Shown here piece by piece: positions 49,887 to 59,871 of a stretch of 64,000 nucleotides of DNA. The translations under genes were made by a program, and so were the position numbers. The notes under the pieces were generated by a model. The model saw only the letters and a program-made list of their open reading frames with translations. It was not told the DNA's origin and ran no database searches. The stretch's first letter is position 1. Each line of letters starts with the position of its first letter. The DNA lies in NCBI GenBank assembly GCA_947496375.1, contig CANMCY010000002.1, forward strand, positions 127,116 to 191,115, in the 5' to 3' direction. Source of the DNA: Flavobacteriales bacterium. GTDB taxonomy: Bacteria > Bacteroidota > Bacteroidia > NS11-12g > UBA955.

Positions 49887-51726
49887 GTATATTTTGCCTG
49901 TTAATCCAATGACCCAGCACAGCAAGACTCCACGCCTTGTGCCAGTTAGGGTTATCTTTTTGATTCAGCCCTGATATCAGCCCGTCAATGTATGCCGGAT
50001 TTAACAATTCGAAATTCTTGAGCAATTCCAGTCTTTCGGTACAGAAGGGTTTGAGTTCACGGTTCATCCATGCCTGCCAGGGGAAAGAAAATCCCATTTT
50101 GGGTCTGTCCCAGATTTCGCGGGGGAGCAAATCGCCCATCGCATCAATCAGCAACTGTTTGGGTGGTTTCAGGGGTTTAAAATCATCGGGCATGGCCAGC
50201 ATAAATTCCACCAGGTCTTTATCCAAAAACGGCTCCCTGATTTCCAGGCTATGGGCCATTCCCATTTGGTCTGCATCCCGGAGTAAAACGTTCTCCAAGT
50301 AAGTGCTGCACTCGGCAATGGTAATTTCTGAAACCAGTTTTGGACCAAAAGGATCATCCGTTTCGGTTTGAAAATAACGGTGGTAATCGACTCCGGCCTG
50401 TTCGAGCTCCTGCATATTCATGGACTGTCTGAAAACAGGATACATATGCGCCCAGTCCCAGGAAGGCATTCCGGCCAGCATGGCCAGTTTCTGGGCTGCT
50501 TTTCCTTTTAACATCCGGCTGGGCAAAATTGCGGCACTTTTGCGCATTCCGATGGGCAACTTTCCGATGAAGCGGTACTTCTTCAGCTGTTGCAGATATC
50601 CAAAAACAGGGTAACCACCAAATAACTCATCCCCACCAATGCCACTTAACGCAACCGTGATTCCTGCTTTTTTGGTGTATTTGGAAATGATGTATGTATT
50701 CAACCCATCCATTCCGGGATGATCCATGGCATCGAGGGCTTCGGGAATGTCGTGTAAAAACTCATCAGGCCTCAGCAGCACAGGATGGTGGTCGGTACGG
50801 TATTTATCGGCAATCATCTCCGCAAACCGCTTTTCACTAAATTCCTGTTCATCAAAATACACATTGAAGGTTTTCACCTGTCTTTCCGATAGCTTGCTCA
50901 TCACCGCCACGATGGCCGAACTGTCAATTCCTCCGGAAAGAAAAGCCCCCAGCGGAACGTCACTCATCAGGCGTTTTTCTACGGCCTTGAAAATGAGTTC
51001 ACGGGTTTGCTTAATTACCTTCTCATAGGGGCCGGGCAAGGTATATTTATCTCGGCAATCCTCCATGCGCCAGTAGTGGCGAACGCCAAACCCTTTATCA
51101 TCTACAACGGCATAGGAACCTGCAGGCAGCATCTGTACACCGTTCACGATGGTTTCGGGACTGTAAACCGTTTGATACATCAGGTAATTGCCCAGTGCGC
51201 GTCGATTGATGCGGGCTTTAAAATGCCCCGATGCAAGCAGGCCCTTGATTTCACTGCTAAACAGCAGCATATCACCACCGCGGCAGAAGTAGAGGGGTTT
51301 TACTCCCATGCGGTCACGGACCAGCAACAGCTGCTTCTTCTCGCGATCCCAGATGGCCATGGCAAACATCCCATCGAGCATTGGAAACGCCTGAGTGCCA
51401 TGTTCCTCCAGCAGGGCCAGTATCACTTCGGTATCCGTTTCGGTTCGGTATGGGTATTTGCGATGGGTAGCTTTTAATGATTTGTAATTATAAATTTCAC
51501 CGTTGTAAACAATGGTATATCGCCCGCTGGCGGATGTCATGGGTTGGCGGGCTTCTTCGGAAAGATCGATGATACTGAGGCGCCTGTGCCCCAGTCCTAT
51601 GTTTTCATCGGTGAATATACCTGTTGCGTCCGGGCCCCGATGAACCAGTGCATTGTTCATGTGCACCAGCATGTCTGTGGTTCTGAATCTGTCTTTTAAG
51701 CCAAAAATACCGTTAATCCCACACAT
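49879..51726 (-). CDS. asnB: Asparagine synthase-like glutamine amidotransferase (copy 1)
   Basis: MCGING, HRGPD, HRRLSIID, FLSGGIDSS, SGIGGDELFGGY. Confidence 0.93.
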   Translation of the reverse strand: MCGINGIFGLKDRFRTTDMLVHMNNALVHRGPDATGIFTDENIGLGHRRLSIIDLSEEARQPMTSASGRYTIVYNGEIYNYKSLKATHRKYPYRTETDTEVILALLEEHGTQAFPMLDGMFAMAIWDREKKQLLLVRDRMGVKPLYFCRGGDMLLFSSEIKGLLASGHFKARINRRALGNYLMYQTVYSPETIVNGVQMLPAGSYAVVDDKGFGVRHYWRMEDCRDKYTLPGPYEKVIKQTRELIFKAVEKRLMSDVPLGAFLSGGIDSSAIVAVMSKLSERQVKTFNVYFDEQEFSEKRFAEMIADKYRTDHHPVLLRPDEFLHDIPEALDAMDHPGMDGLNTYIISKYTKKAGITVALSGIGGDELFGGYPVFGYLQQLKKYRFIGKLPIGMRKSAAILPSRMLKGKAAQKLAMLAGMPSWDWAHMYPVFRQSMNMQELEQAGVDYHRYFQTETDDPFGPKLVSEITIAECSTYLENVLLRDADQMGMAHSLEIREPFLDKDLVEFMLAMPDDFKPLKPPKQLLIDAMGDLLPREIWDRPKMGFSFPWQAWMNRELKPFCTERLELLKNFELLNPAYIDGLISGLNQKDNPNWHKAWSLAVLGHWINRQNIHD

Positions 51727-51759
51727 TTATCTTCCCAATTGCGGTAATTTGCAACCTGA

Positions 51760-52941
51760 TTGAACATTGTATTCGCTACTGACGGAATTTACCCTTTTGT
51801 GCTGGGAGGCATGCAAAAGCATGCTGCCTACATTATCCGGCACCTGGCAGGAACCGAGCACAAGGTGGATGTGCTGATCCCTAACCATGGCGTCAGCAAT
51901 GCCGAAGAGGCGGAATCCCGATTTTGGGGAAATGTGCGACCTGACAACATCCGATTTCATGTAATTCCTTATCCAAAAACGCCCCGATTTCCGGGTCATT
52001 ATGTGGTGGCAAGTTATTTGTACTCCCGAAGGATTACAAACTATTTTTCCCATAAAATATCAACCATCGACATCCTGTTTGGGAAGGGATATACATTGTG
52101 GCACTGGCTGGCCCGACAAAAAAGACCTCAAATTCCCGTCATTGTTCAGTTACACGGCCTTGAAATGTTTCAGCCGGCGTTTGCCATCAAAGAAATGCTG
52201 CACAAAATGCTGATGCGAATTCCTGCGGTTCCTATCATCCGTTTGACGGATTATATCTTTTCTTACGGTGGTGAGGTAAAGGAAATTTTACGCAAGCAGG
52301 GCAAATCTGAAGATTGTATTTTCGAACAATATGGGGCTGTAGACGATTTTTGGCTGTATCCTGAACCCTTTCCCAAGGAAAATGGAATGATTCGCAAGTT
52401 TTTGTTTGTGGCAAGAAACGAATACCGAAAAGGATATCATTTACTGCATGAAACCCTACAGGAGCTTGTTACGGACAATGAAACATTTGAGATTGACATT
52501 GTAGGCGAGTTACCCAAACAACTGGAGCTGCAAGACCCGAGGATTCGCTATCACGGCAACCTATCCGCTGAGGCACTGAAATCCTTAAAAGATCGTTGTG
52601 AGGTATTGCTGTTACCAAGTTTGTCGGAAGGTTTTCCAACCATCATTATAGAATCAATGGCCAGGGGAATATGCATTGCTGCCTCAGAAGTGGGGGCGGT
52701 TACCAAGGTTATTGACAAAGACACCGGGTGGTTGTTGCAACCCGGAAGCAGCAGATCGCTCAAAGACACCATGAAGGCCATCATCAGAACACCGGAACCT
52801 GATCTTCATCGCAAGCAAATGGCCTGTTATCAAAAAGTATTGCATAATTTTCGATGGGAATCTACGGTAAATCAATTAGTTTCGCATTTACAATCAGCGG
52901 CTCATGATTATCGGGAACGGATTACTCGCCAACAGTCTTAG
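51760..52941 (+). CDS. Glycosyltransferase family 4
   Basis: GGMQKH, RKG, PSLSEGFPTIIIESM. Confidence 0.9.
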   Translation: MNIVFATDGIYPFVLGGMQKHAAYIIRHLAGTEHKVDVLIPNHGVSNAEEAESRFWGNVRPDNIRFHVIPYPKTPRFPGHYVVASYLYSRRITNYFSHKISTIDILFGKGYTLWHWLARQKRPQIPVIVQLHGLEMFQPAFAIKEMLHKMLMRIPAVPIIRLTDYIFSYGGEVKEILRKQGKSEDCIFEQYGAVDDFWLYPEPFPKENGMIRKFLFVARNEYRKGYHLLHETLQELVTDNETFEIDIVGELPKQLELQDPRIRYHGNLSAEALKSLKDRCEVLLLPSLSEGFPTIIIESMARGICIAASEVGAVTKVIDKDTGWLLQPGSSRSLKDTMKAIIRTPEPDLHRKQMACYQKVLHNFRWESTVNQLVSHLQSAAHDYRERITRQQS

Positions 52942-53590
52942 GGATATTGACCGGGAATCGGTGACCTTTTTTTGCTCCGGTGTTTCAGATTCGGGTGAAA
53001 CCAATTCATTGGCATTTGAGCGGGAACTTTCTTTGCTACGCATGCAGGACAGTCATGAGCTGCTGTGTTATTTTTCCACCGTCAGTATTTTTAATCCTTC
53101 CCGGAAGAACAACCCATACATTCGTCATAAGGTGAATATGGAGGAGGAGATTCGGACACGTTTTCCCAAGCATCTTATCATACGATTGCCCAATATGATG
53201 GGGGAAGGTGGCAATGCTTCCAATTTGTTTCCTTATTTCATGCGCAGCATAGCAGAAGGGAAAATCGTTACCATTTTTGACAATACCCACCGCGAACTCA
53301 TGGAGGTTCAGCTGCTGCCAAGCATTGTGGATGCGCTGTTAAACTTGGGTTTCACAGGAAGCATCAATGCGGGTTTTGGAAATGCCCCCAAGGTAAAAGA
53401 CATTTACCTGCACATGTGCCAATTACTGGAGGCAACACCCAACATGAAAATAGAACAAGGGGAAGACGCCTATGAAGTAGATTACTCCGAATTTACCACC
53501 CTGATGAAATCTGCCGGTGTGGCCCCAATGGGTACATGGCAGGAACGGGTGGGGCGTTATGTGTTATCTTACAAAAGCACGGTCAGTTAG
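52904..53590 (+). CDS. Short NAD-dependent epimerase/dehydratase-like protein
   Basis: MIIGNGLLA, SGVSDS, YFST, YIRHK (YxxxK), IIRLPN. Confidence 0.8.
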   Translation: MIIGNGLLANSLRDIDRESVTFFCSGVSDSGETNSLAFERELSLLRMQDSHELLCYFSTVSIFNPSRKNNPYIRHKVNMEEEIRTRFPKHLIIRLPNMMGEGGNASNLFPYFMRSIAEGKIVTIFDNTHRELMEVQLLPSIVDALLNLGFTGSINAGFGNAPKVKDIYLHMCQLLEATPNMKIEQGEDAYEVDYSEFTTLMKSAGVAPMGTWQERVGRYVLSYKSTVS

Positions 53591-54616
53591 AGCCCTAGAC
53601 CACATGTCTGCAATATAAATCTCTGCTATTTCACGGCTTTTACTACTCATTCTCATCCTGTCTTCAGCACTGATTTTTGTCATATTAAGTAGAGCCGCCT
53701 TTAATGCTTCTTCAGATCCGGATTGGAAAACAAAACCATTTTCTTTATGCCGCATAAATGCTTCAGAGGCCCCTACAGCAGTACTCAGAATTAAAGGGAA
53801 TCCTGCGGCTGCAAATTCCTGAACTACCATGCCCCAGGGCTCATAGCGGCTGGGCAAAACAAAGACATCCGATTGATGGATGACATATTCCATTTCGGCT
53901 GGCTGAACAAAACCCAGATGCCTTATGCCGGGGTGCTCTGCTCTATTTTCATAATCCGCACCCGCACCAACGCACCATAGCTCCCAATCCTCACCTATTT
54001 GGGCATAAATTCCCTGAAATGCAGACCACAATAGCGGATATGATTTATCAGGAATATATCTGGCTACACAAATAAATCGTTTTTTTCGATCTTTGATTTC
54101 TTTTCTATTCAAACCCATTTTCACAAAGGGCTCTATATCTGTAGCATAAAACCCTAACTGAATTTGCGTTTCCAGAAACCCGAGTCTGGAGGCAAAAAGC
54201 GCTTGTCTCTTCCCCGGAACCCAACACCATGAAACAAATGAATGTAATATAATTCTTGCCAAAGGAAGAAGAAGCCACTGTTTTATACTTCCTGTCCATG
54301 GGTTATCTATAATTAAACCCACCGAACACTGTTTACCTATCATTCTTCCCACTTTCATATAATCTCGGTCCATCCAACCTGAGATAATTACTGAATCCGG
54401 CTTAATTTCTTTGTATAACGCATAAATCCCTTCCAGACCCAACATTCTTTTCTCATAAAAGACTACACCCTGTATTTTTTCAAACACAAAGGGTGCCTCG
54501 TCATTGACCGGATGATGGATTACATAAATTTTATCTCCAGGATTTAAGATCAGGTGCTTTTTAAAGCAATTGAGCGTGTAGCCCGCCAGTTCTGTATACA
54601 GAAATAAATGCGTCAC
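53564..54616 (-). CDS. Glycosyltransferase family 4
   Basis: VARYIPDK, LGFVQP, PSRYEPWGMVVQEF. Confidence 0.9.
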   Translation of the reverse strand: MTHLFLYTELAGYTLNCFKKHLILNPGDKIYVIHHPVNDEAPFVFEKIQGVVFYEKRMLGLEGIYALYKEIKPDSVIISGWMDRDYMKVGRMIGKQCSVGLIIDNPWTGSIKQWLLLPLARIILHSFVSWCWVPGKRQALFASRLGFLETQIQLGFYATDIEPFVKMGLNRKEIKDRKKRFICVARYIPDKSYPLLWSAFQGIYAQIGEDWELWCVGAGADYENRAEHPGIRHLGFVQPAEMEYVIHQSDVFVLPSRYEPWGMVVQEFAAAGFPLILSTAVGASEAFMRHKENGFVFQSGSEEALKAALLNMTKISAEDRMRMSSKSREIAEIYIADMWSRALTDRAFVR

Positions 54617-54667
54617 TGGTCTATATTAATGATGCGTTGCGTGATTTATTGCCTTATTTTGCTGCTG

Positions 54668-56065
54668 ATGAGATACGAAAAATTCATAATAACACTGATG
54701 GTGATGACCGTTTTTATGGATGATTTTCGTTTTGGAAGTGAAGATTTTCGCCGTTCTGCAACCTTTGATTTTTATTATTACTACGTAATATGGATTCTCT
54801 TTATCGTTCATTATATCCGCAAAAGAAGGGAAATTCCTGTTTGGCCGCGATGGTTTATGCTGGGTCTACTTGCCTTGTTTACCAATTCTGTATTCGGGGG
54901 AGCAGCATCGGGAAGCTTAAAATTTCCCATGCTAAAACAGATGATTGGTATTACGTATTCTTCGGTTGCTTATTTGTCACTAATCAAATTTAATGATTAC
55001 GATCTTAAAAAGATATTTAATATCTACCTGAAAGCTGCGTTTTGGGTGGCTATATGGGGAATCGCTGAACAAGCCATGCATGTTTTTGGATTTAAATTCA
55101 GGTTTGCAGGAAGTTTTATTGAGGATTTTACCAAGTTAATCGGTTTTGAAAATTTTTGGAACAATTACAAAATTACTTCCACCGGGTTCAACCGCGTCTA
55201 TTCCATCATGGGCGAACCCTATTATCTTGCAGTTGCGCTGTTACCTGCTTTTTTTTATTATTCCAACCGCCTTTTTGGAAGCAAAAACTTTAGGGATTGG
55301 GGGTATAAGTGGCATTTTGGGGTTTTAGCACTTTGTTTTTTATTTACTTTCAGTACAGCCGGCTATGTGGGCATTCTAATGACAGGTATGTTTATTGGTG
55401 TAAACCGTGGTTTTTTTGACCTCCGACGGTTTGGATTACTTTTTATTCCTATTTTTCTCCTCATTCTATTACCAAACATTGCCCGCCTAAGAACCGCTTT
55501 TTTTGAACTGCAGGTGCGAGTGGATGATACTGTTAAAGCTTTTTTGTACAAAGGAATTATGGATAAAAAAGAAATAGCTAAACTAAACTCCTCCACTTTT
55601 GCCCTGTATTCCAATTTTTTAATCGCCGGAAAATCTTTTGAGGAACATCCTATCACGGGGGGGGGGCTAGGATCACATGAAATCAGCTATAATAAGTTTT
55701 TTGATGTTTTTTTGGATAAAAACATTAAAAAAATGTACGGCACATTTAACTCCAAAGATGCAAATTCCCTTTTTATTAGATTGCTATCCGAAACCGGCAT
55801 CATCGGTCTGATTGTTTTTTTTGTTGCACTTTTTTCGTTTTTTGCTTACAAAAAAGGAATTGATATCCCTGAAATTTCTACCCTTACCATTATCAATCAA
55901 GCGGTATTTGTCATGCTGATAATTCGGTTACTTCGGACCGGTAATTATATCGGCCAGGGTTTTTACTTCTTCTTTTTCTTATATGCCTTTGCAGCCATTC
56001 AGATAAGGCAATACTACAAAAATCAACCCTCTGCCTCAATAGCAGAAAATATCCCGGATGCCTGA
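54668..56065 (+). CDS. Wzy/WaaL-like O-antigen polymerase or ligase
   Basis: Many TMs, RVYSIMGEP, TFSTAG, HPITGGGLGS, NSLFIRLLSETGIIG. Start uncertain (54608-54668). Confidence 0.8.
   Translation: MRYEKFIITLMVMTVFMDDFRFGSEDFRRSATFDFYYYYVIWILFIVHYIRKRREIPVWPRWFMLGLLALFTNSVFGGAASGSLKFPMLKQMIGITYSSVAYLSLIKFNDYDLKKIFNIYLKAAFWVAIWGIAEQAMHVFGFKFRFAGSFIEDFTKLIGFENFWNNYKITSTGFNRVYSIMGEPYYLAVALLPAFFYYSNRLFGSKNFRDWGYKWHFGVLALCFLFTFSTAGYVGILMTGMFIGVNRGFFDLRRFGLLFIPIFLLILLPNIARLRTAFFELQVRVDDTVKAFLYKGIMDKKEIAKLNSSTFALYSNFLIAGKSFEEHPITGGGLGSHEISYNKFFDVFLDKNIKKMYGTFNSKDANSLFIRLLSETGIIGLIVFFVALFSFFAYKKGIDIPEISTLTIINQAVFVMLIIRLLRTGNYIGQGFYFFFFLYAFAAIQIRQYYKNQPSASIAENIPDA
55657..55666 (+). repeat. G10 homopolymer inside the wzy-like gene
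   Basis: ATC ACG GGG GGG GGG CTA. Confidence 0.9.
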
Positions 56066-57228
56066 GCCACCCAGGTATGTTCATCCAGAATTTTGTTACG
56101 GAAACATCTACCCATTTCAAGAGAATCTACGGTGTTTTGCAGCACATATAACAAGGCCTCCTCTAGGTCTTCCGCATTGTCTGAAACCAGCCATCCATGT
56201 TTTTTGTGTTCCATCACATCCCGCAAGGGTCCCTTATCGGGTGCCACGATGGGCACTCCAGTAAGACCATATTCAAATATTTTAATAGGGGAACCATACC
56301 AGTTGGAAGATGGCATTACTGCCACATCAAAGGATCTGATATAATTCATCACCTCGATGTGGGGAATTTTACCCGTAAATGTATACGAACCTGTTGGCAA
56401 GATTTTGTCCGCCAGGGCCTGCAACGCTTCTCTGATGACACCCTCCCCCACAATCATAAGATGGGCATTGGGTAGCATAGCTACTACACCTGCGAATGCC
56501 TCAATCAGTCCGTCCACCCCGTGGTAGGGAAAAAGACTTCCTACAAATCCGATGATTTGTGTTTCAGCGGCAAGGCCGGCGCGAATTTTTGTTACCTCCT
56601 CTGGGTTGAATTGCTCCTTTTCAGGGTTAATGGCATTGGGCGCCACATGGATGGGTAATTGACATTGGTATTTTGATTGAAGATACTCCTTCATGGCTGT
56701 AGAAACCGCAATCACATGCGAGGTTCTGTTAAGCTTATTACGTTCCTTCCAGTGGCCTATAAACCGCAAAATATCAGGCCCTTCAAAAGCCGCCATTTCT
56801 TCCACCACAGGACTGTTTACCTCCAGCACATGTTTGATCCCATGACGGGTTGCCATATTGACCCCGCTATCCTGAAGATATTCACCACGTTCATAAATCA
56901 AATCCGGCTTGAAAGTATGAATAGCTGTTTCAAGCTGCCTACCAGCCCTTCTGTCATGCATCAACAGACGGATATCTTTCAGTGCATTCCAAAGAAAAAG
57001 GGGTAAAAAACGCTTTATAATTGAAACACTGCCGGCCTTTTGTGTTAAACCATCGATGTGATTTTTAACTGAAGCAGTTTCTGTGCCTCCCATCACCACG
57101 GGCAAAACCTCATGACCCAATTGGCGAAAAGCCGCTATGCTCTCACGCTGATGCGTACTATAACCTACCTCACTCACAATATCGTGGGTGGGATGGGGCG
57201 AATAGTAAATAATCCTGAGTTTTTTCAA
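56023..57228 (-). CDS. Glycosyltransferase family 4
   Basis: LIYER, LEVNSP, GFVGSLFPYHG, GSPIKIFEY. Confidence 0.9.
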   Translation of the reverse strand: MKKLRIIYYSPHPTHDIVSEVGYSTHQRESIAAFRQLGHEVLPVVMGGTETASVKNHIDGLTQKAGSVSIIKRFLPLFLWNALKDIRLLMHDRRAGRQLETAIHTFKPDLIYERGEYLQDSGVNMATRHGIKHVLEVNSPVVEEMAAFEGPDILRFIGHWKERNKLNRTSHVIAVSTAMKEYLQSKYQCQLPIHVAPNAINPEKEQFNPEEVTKIRAGLAAETQIIGFVGSLFPYHGVDGLIEAFAGVVAMLPNAHLMIVGEGVIREALQALADKILPTGSYTFTGKIPHIEVMNYIRSFDVAVMPSSNWYGSPIKIFEYGLTGVPIVAPDKGPLRDVMEHKKHGWLVSDNAEDLEEALLYVLQNTVDSLEMGRCFRNKILDEHTWVAQASGIFSAIEAEG

Positions 57229-58217
57229 GATAACGAATAACCCGCCGCACGCATTACATCTTCGCGGGTGTAGGATTTCATGGGAATGTTGATCTCTGTT
57301 TTGGCAAATGTTTCGGGGATGTCTTCTCCCTGAATCAGTTTTTGCAGCCAGGGTTTATAGTAGGAAGGGGTTTGAGGGCGGTTGAGAACTTCCTGCAGGT
57401 ATTGTATGTCTGCAATCCCTTTTTCCTGAATAAAACGACAAACGGCTTGTATGCTGTAGCTGTCTATTTCCGGACCCACCGCACTACGGGTTGGAGCAAA
57501 ATATTCATTTTCATCAATACCCGTGAAGGCATCGCCATCAGGATACCACTGAACGGTATTTGCCACTGAAATGCCAAACTGTTTTTCCATTCCCAGCAGC
57601 TGTATGGCTTTCCTAAGAGGAGTTTTAAATGCTTTCAGCAATGGGTTGTGACGCAACGAATCTGTAGCGCGCTTTTTATCGGGTGTCCATAGCTGCAGGG
57701 TGGCACTGTACGTTTCTGGAAGATATACGATGTGTGGTTCCCAACTGTCGATGGTATGCACAGGATATTGCTGCTGGGTAAAATGCTTACTTACCCTGAG
57801 TTTCGTTTTGCCGCCCTCAACCTGGATATTTTTATCAAACAGCATGGTTTCATAACCGGAACCCAGAATGGCTGCAGTTGTCAGTATATAATTGTTGTGA
57901 TGATGTATGCAGTGAGCAGCAATTCCTTTGACGTGTGTAGGATGCGAAGCAAAGAAATGGATTTTCATAACCATATCTTCATTTTCGTAGATATACAGAA
58001 AGGGTATGTTATACTGGCTCCAGGTTTGTTTGAGATACCCTTCATCATTAAAATTTCTGCGAACAACCTGTTTCAAAAATTCTGCATCACTGCCCATTTG
58101 TTGCAACAACGGACCGGCCTTCTCATGAAGCAAATTGCGGTTTTCATGCGTTCTGTTTAGTTCAAGTATTTGTTGGATATAGTGGTGCTGAGAAAGCTGT
58201 TCCTGATTCATTTGCAT
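57225..58217 (-). CDS. Hypothetical protein, probable metal-binding cupin (cysteine-dioxygenase-like motif spacing)
   Basis: IHHHNN...ILGSGYETMLF and later EPHIV...SATLQLW. Confidence 0.55.
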   Translation of the reverse strand: MQMNQEQLSQHHYIQQILELNRTHENRNLLHEKAGPLLQQMGSDAEFLKQVVRRNFNDEGYLKQTWSQYNIPFLYIYENEDMVMKIHFFASHPTHVKGIAAHCIHHHNNYILTTAAILGSGYETMLFDKNIQVEGGKTKLRVSKHFTQQQYPVHTIDSWEPHIVYLPETYSATLQLWTPDKKRATDSLRHNPLLKAFKTPLRKAIQLLGMEKQFGISVANTVQWYPDGDAFTGIDENEYFAPTRSAVGPEIDSYSIQAVCRFIQEKGIADIQYLQEVLNRPQTPSYYKPWLQKLIQGEDIPETFAKTEINIPMKSYTREDVMRAAGYSLS

Positions 58218-58267
58218 TTGTAAAGTTCCTTGATTAAAATATAATGTGAGTTATTTTTATCAGAGTA

Positions 58268-58284
58268 TATTGCCCTACAGGGCT
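58268..58284. repeat. Single REP-like palindrome next to the TA pair
   Basis: TATTGCCCTACAGGGCT (GCCCT-AC-AGGGC), similar in form to the REP units at 6.0 and 7.4 kb. Confidence 0.4.
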
Positions 58285-58295
58285 TATTTGTAATT

Positions 58296-58565
58296 TTAAG
58301 GAAACGACCTGTAAATGTCTTTTCTATGGGCTACAATAATTAGTCGGATAGTTGTTTCTGCTATCTTTTCCAGACCAATCCTGTAGGCTCCTAATCGAAT
58401 TCTATAATACGTTTTAAAACCACTTAGTTTTTTAAGATTTTTAATTTCGTGGAATGATTTGGCATTTTCCAGATCAGCAATTATTGTTTCAATTTTAGGT
58501 AATATGCTTTTGTCCTTGACTTTGTCAATAGATTTTTCAAATGATTTGTCAAATTCAACAATCAC
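58296..58565 (-). CDS. Type II toxin, RelE/ParE family
   Basis: MIVEFDKSFEKSI, LKKLSGFKTYYRIRLGAYRIG, HRKDIYRSFP. Confidence 0.92.
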   Translation of the reverse strand: MIVEFDKSFEKSIDKVKDKSILPKIETIIADLENAKSFHEIKNLKKLSGFKTYYRIRLGAYRIGLEKIAETTIRLIIVAHRKDIYRSFP

Positions 58566-58759
58566 TTGGCCTTCAGCTTCTTCAAAATGCTGTTTTTGGA
58601 AACAGTTGTACCTGTTTTAACATTATCCATCAGAGTTCCAAGCATCAAATCTTCAAATTGCGTATCTGACAAAGAAATAACATCACCGCCTAAATGTTTG
58701 GCCAACTGTGCCAAAATCTTACTGTTTTTATTATCGGTTTTGATGAGAAGCGTGCTCAT
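58562..58759 (-). CDS. Cognate antitoxin
   Basis: 65-aa ORF overlapping the toxin start by 4 nt (GTGA), EDLMLG...TVSK C-terminus. Confidence 0.8.
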   Translation of the reverse strand: MSTLLIKTDNKNSKILAQLAKHLGGDVISLSDTQFEDLMLGTLMDNVKTGTTVSKNSILKKLKAK

Positions 58760-58827
58760 GTTGTAAATTTACTAAAAATAAGTTTATGATTCAACAGGAA
58801 ATTAGCTGTCAGAATTCTAAAATTTAT

Positions 58828-59871
58828 TTAAAACCAGGCATCCTGATAATAACGAACAAACCGCAAACCCCAGCTGGGTTCAGGAATAAGCGGTTTTACG
58901 TCAATTCCAATGGCTTGTTGTACTGCAAGTAACGGCAAATTGATACCCATTCCCAAAGCAGTAGTGGTACTTCCCTGCAATCGTGGATTGATTTCCAGTA
59001 TGCGAAATTCGCCGTTTTTATTGCGTTTAACCTGCAATCCATTGGGGCCATGCAGCCCTGTTGCCTTGAAAACGGCCGTTGCGTAATCAATAATTTCTTT
59101 ATTGTTTTCAAACTCACCTGCAACGCTGATACCATTGTTCATGCTGATCCGTTTCCGAGGTAATATTATCAAAGGCTCCCCGATGTCCAGTAGGGCATCT
59201 ACAGTATATTCCTCTCCCGGTAGGTATTCCATTACCAGCATCGTGGGCAGGGTGGCATCACCAAAAATGTGAAGTACATTTTCCAGGGTTGTATGGGTAT
59301 TGTTGGGCTTCTGCTCAAAAAAAGATGACAAAGAACCTGCAGATGCATCCAGAATGCGCATTCCCCTGCTTCCATTGGAAAGGGACGGTTTAATGCACAC
59401 TTTTTTTTGCGGATAACCCAGTTTTTTTGCGAACATTTCAATTTCCGCGGCGCTGTGGGCGGTATAACATTCAGCAACGGGAATATTCGCGGTGATTAGG
59501 GTTTGAATCAGCAACGCCTTGTCATTGGCCATATGCAGTTTATCCGAACCTGAAACCACCACGGATGTGCCGATGGCCCTGAAATCAGCTACATGTTGGG
59601 ATAATAACTCAAGTTCGCGGGTTACCAGGGGTAACAGCACCTGAATTTGCTTTTCCCTACAAATCCGTAGCATTTCTCCAACAAATTCAGGTTGAGAAGC
59701 AGCTGGAATCTGGATAAATTCCGCATGCACAGCACGTCCTGAAGCATACGGATTGGCATCGGCTATGATGAGTTCGATTTGCGGATTTTGCCTAAGGGCA
59801 TGCATTATGCCGGGTCCACCGGGAGCTCCGGCGCCCGTCATTAAAACACGAATGGGTTGTGATGTGCTCAT
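58828..59871 (-). CDS. ATP-grasp protein (CarB-like single module)
   Basis: TGAGAPGG, IKPSLSNGSRG, EYLPGEEYTVD, LEINPR. Confidence 0.88.
   Translation of the reverse strand: MSTSQPIRVLMTGAGAPGGPGIMHALRQNPQIELIIADANPYASGRAVHAEFIQIPAASQPEFVGEMLRICREKQIQVLLPLVTRELELLSQHVADFRAIGTSVVVSGSDKLHMANDKALLIQTLITANIPVAECYTAHSAAEIEMFAKKLGYPQKKVCIKPSLSNGSRGMRILDASAGSLSSFFEQKPNNTHTTLENVLHIFGDATLPTMLVMEYLPGEEYTVDALLDIGEPLIILPRKRISMNNGISVAGEFENNKEIIDYATAVFKATGLHGPNGLQVKRNKNGEFRILEINPRLQGSTTTALGMGINLPLLAVQQAIGIDVKPLIPEPSWGLRFVRYYQDAWF

Noticed and set aside
59401-59428. T8/T7 runs in the ATP-grasp gene and other A/T runs as phase-variation tracts
   Set aside because: Short A/T runs encoding Lys or Phe are common throughout this sequence.
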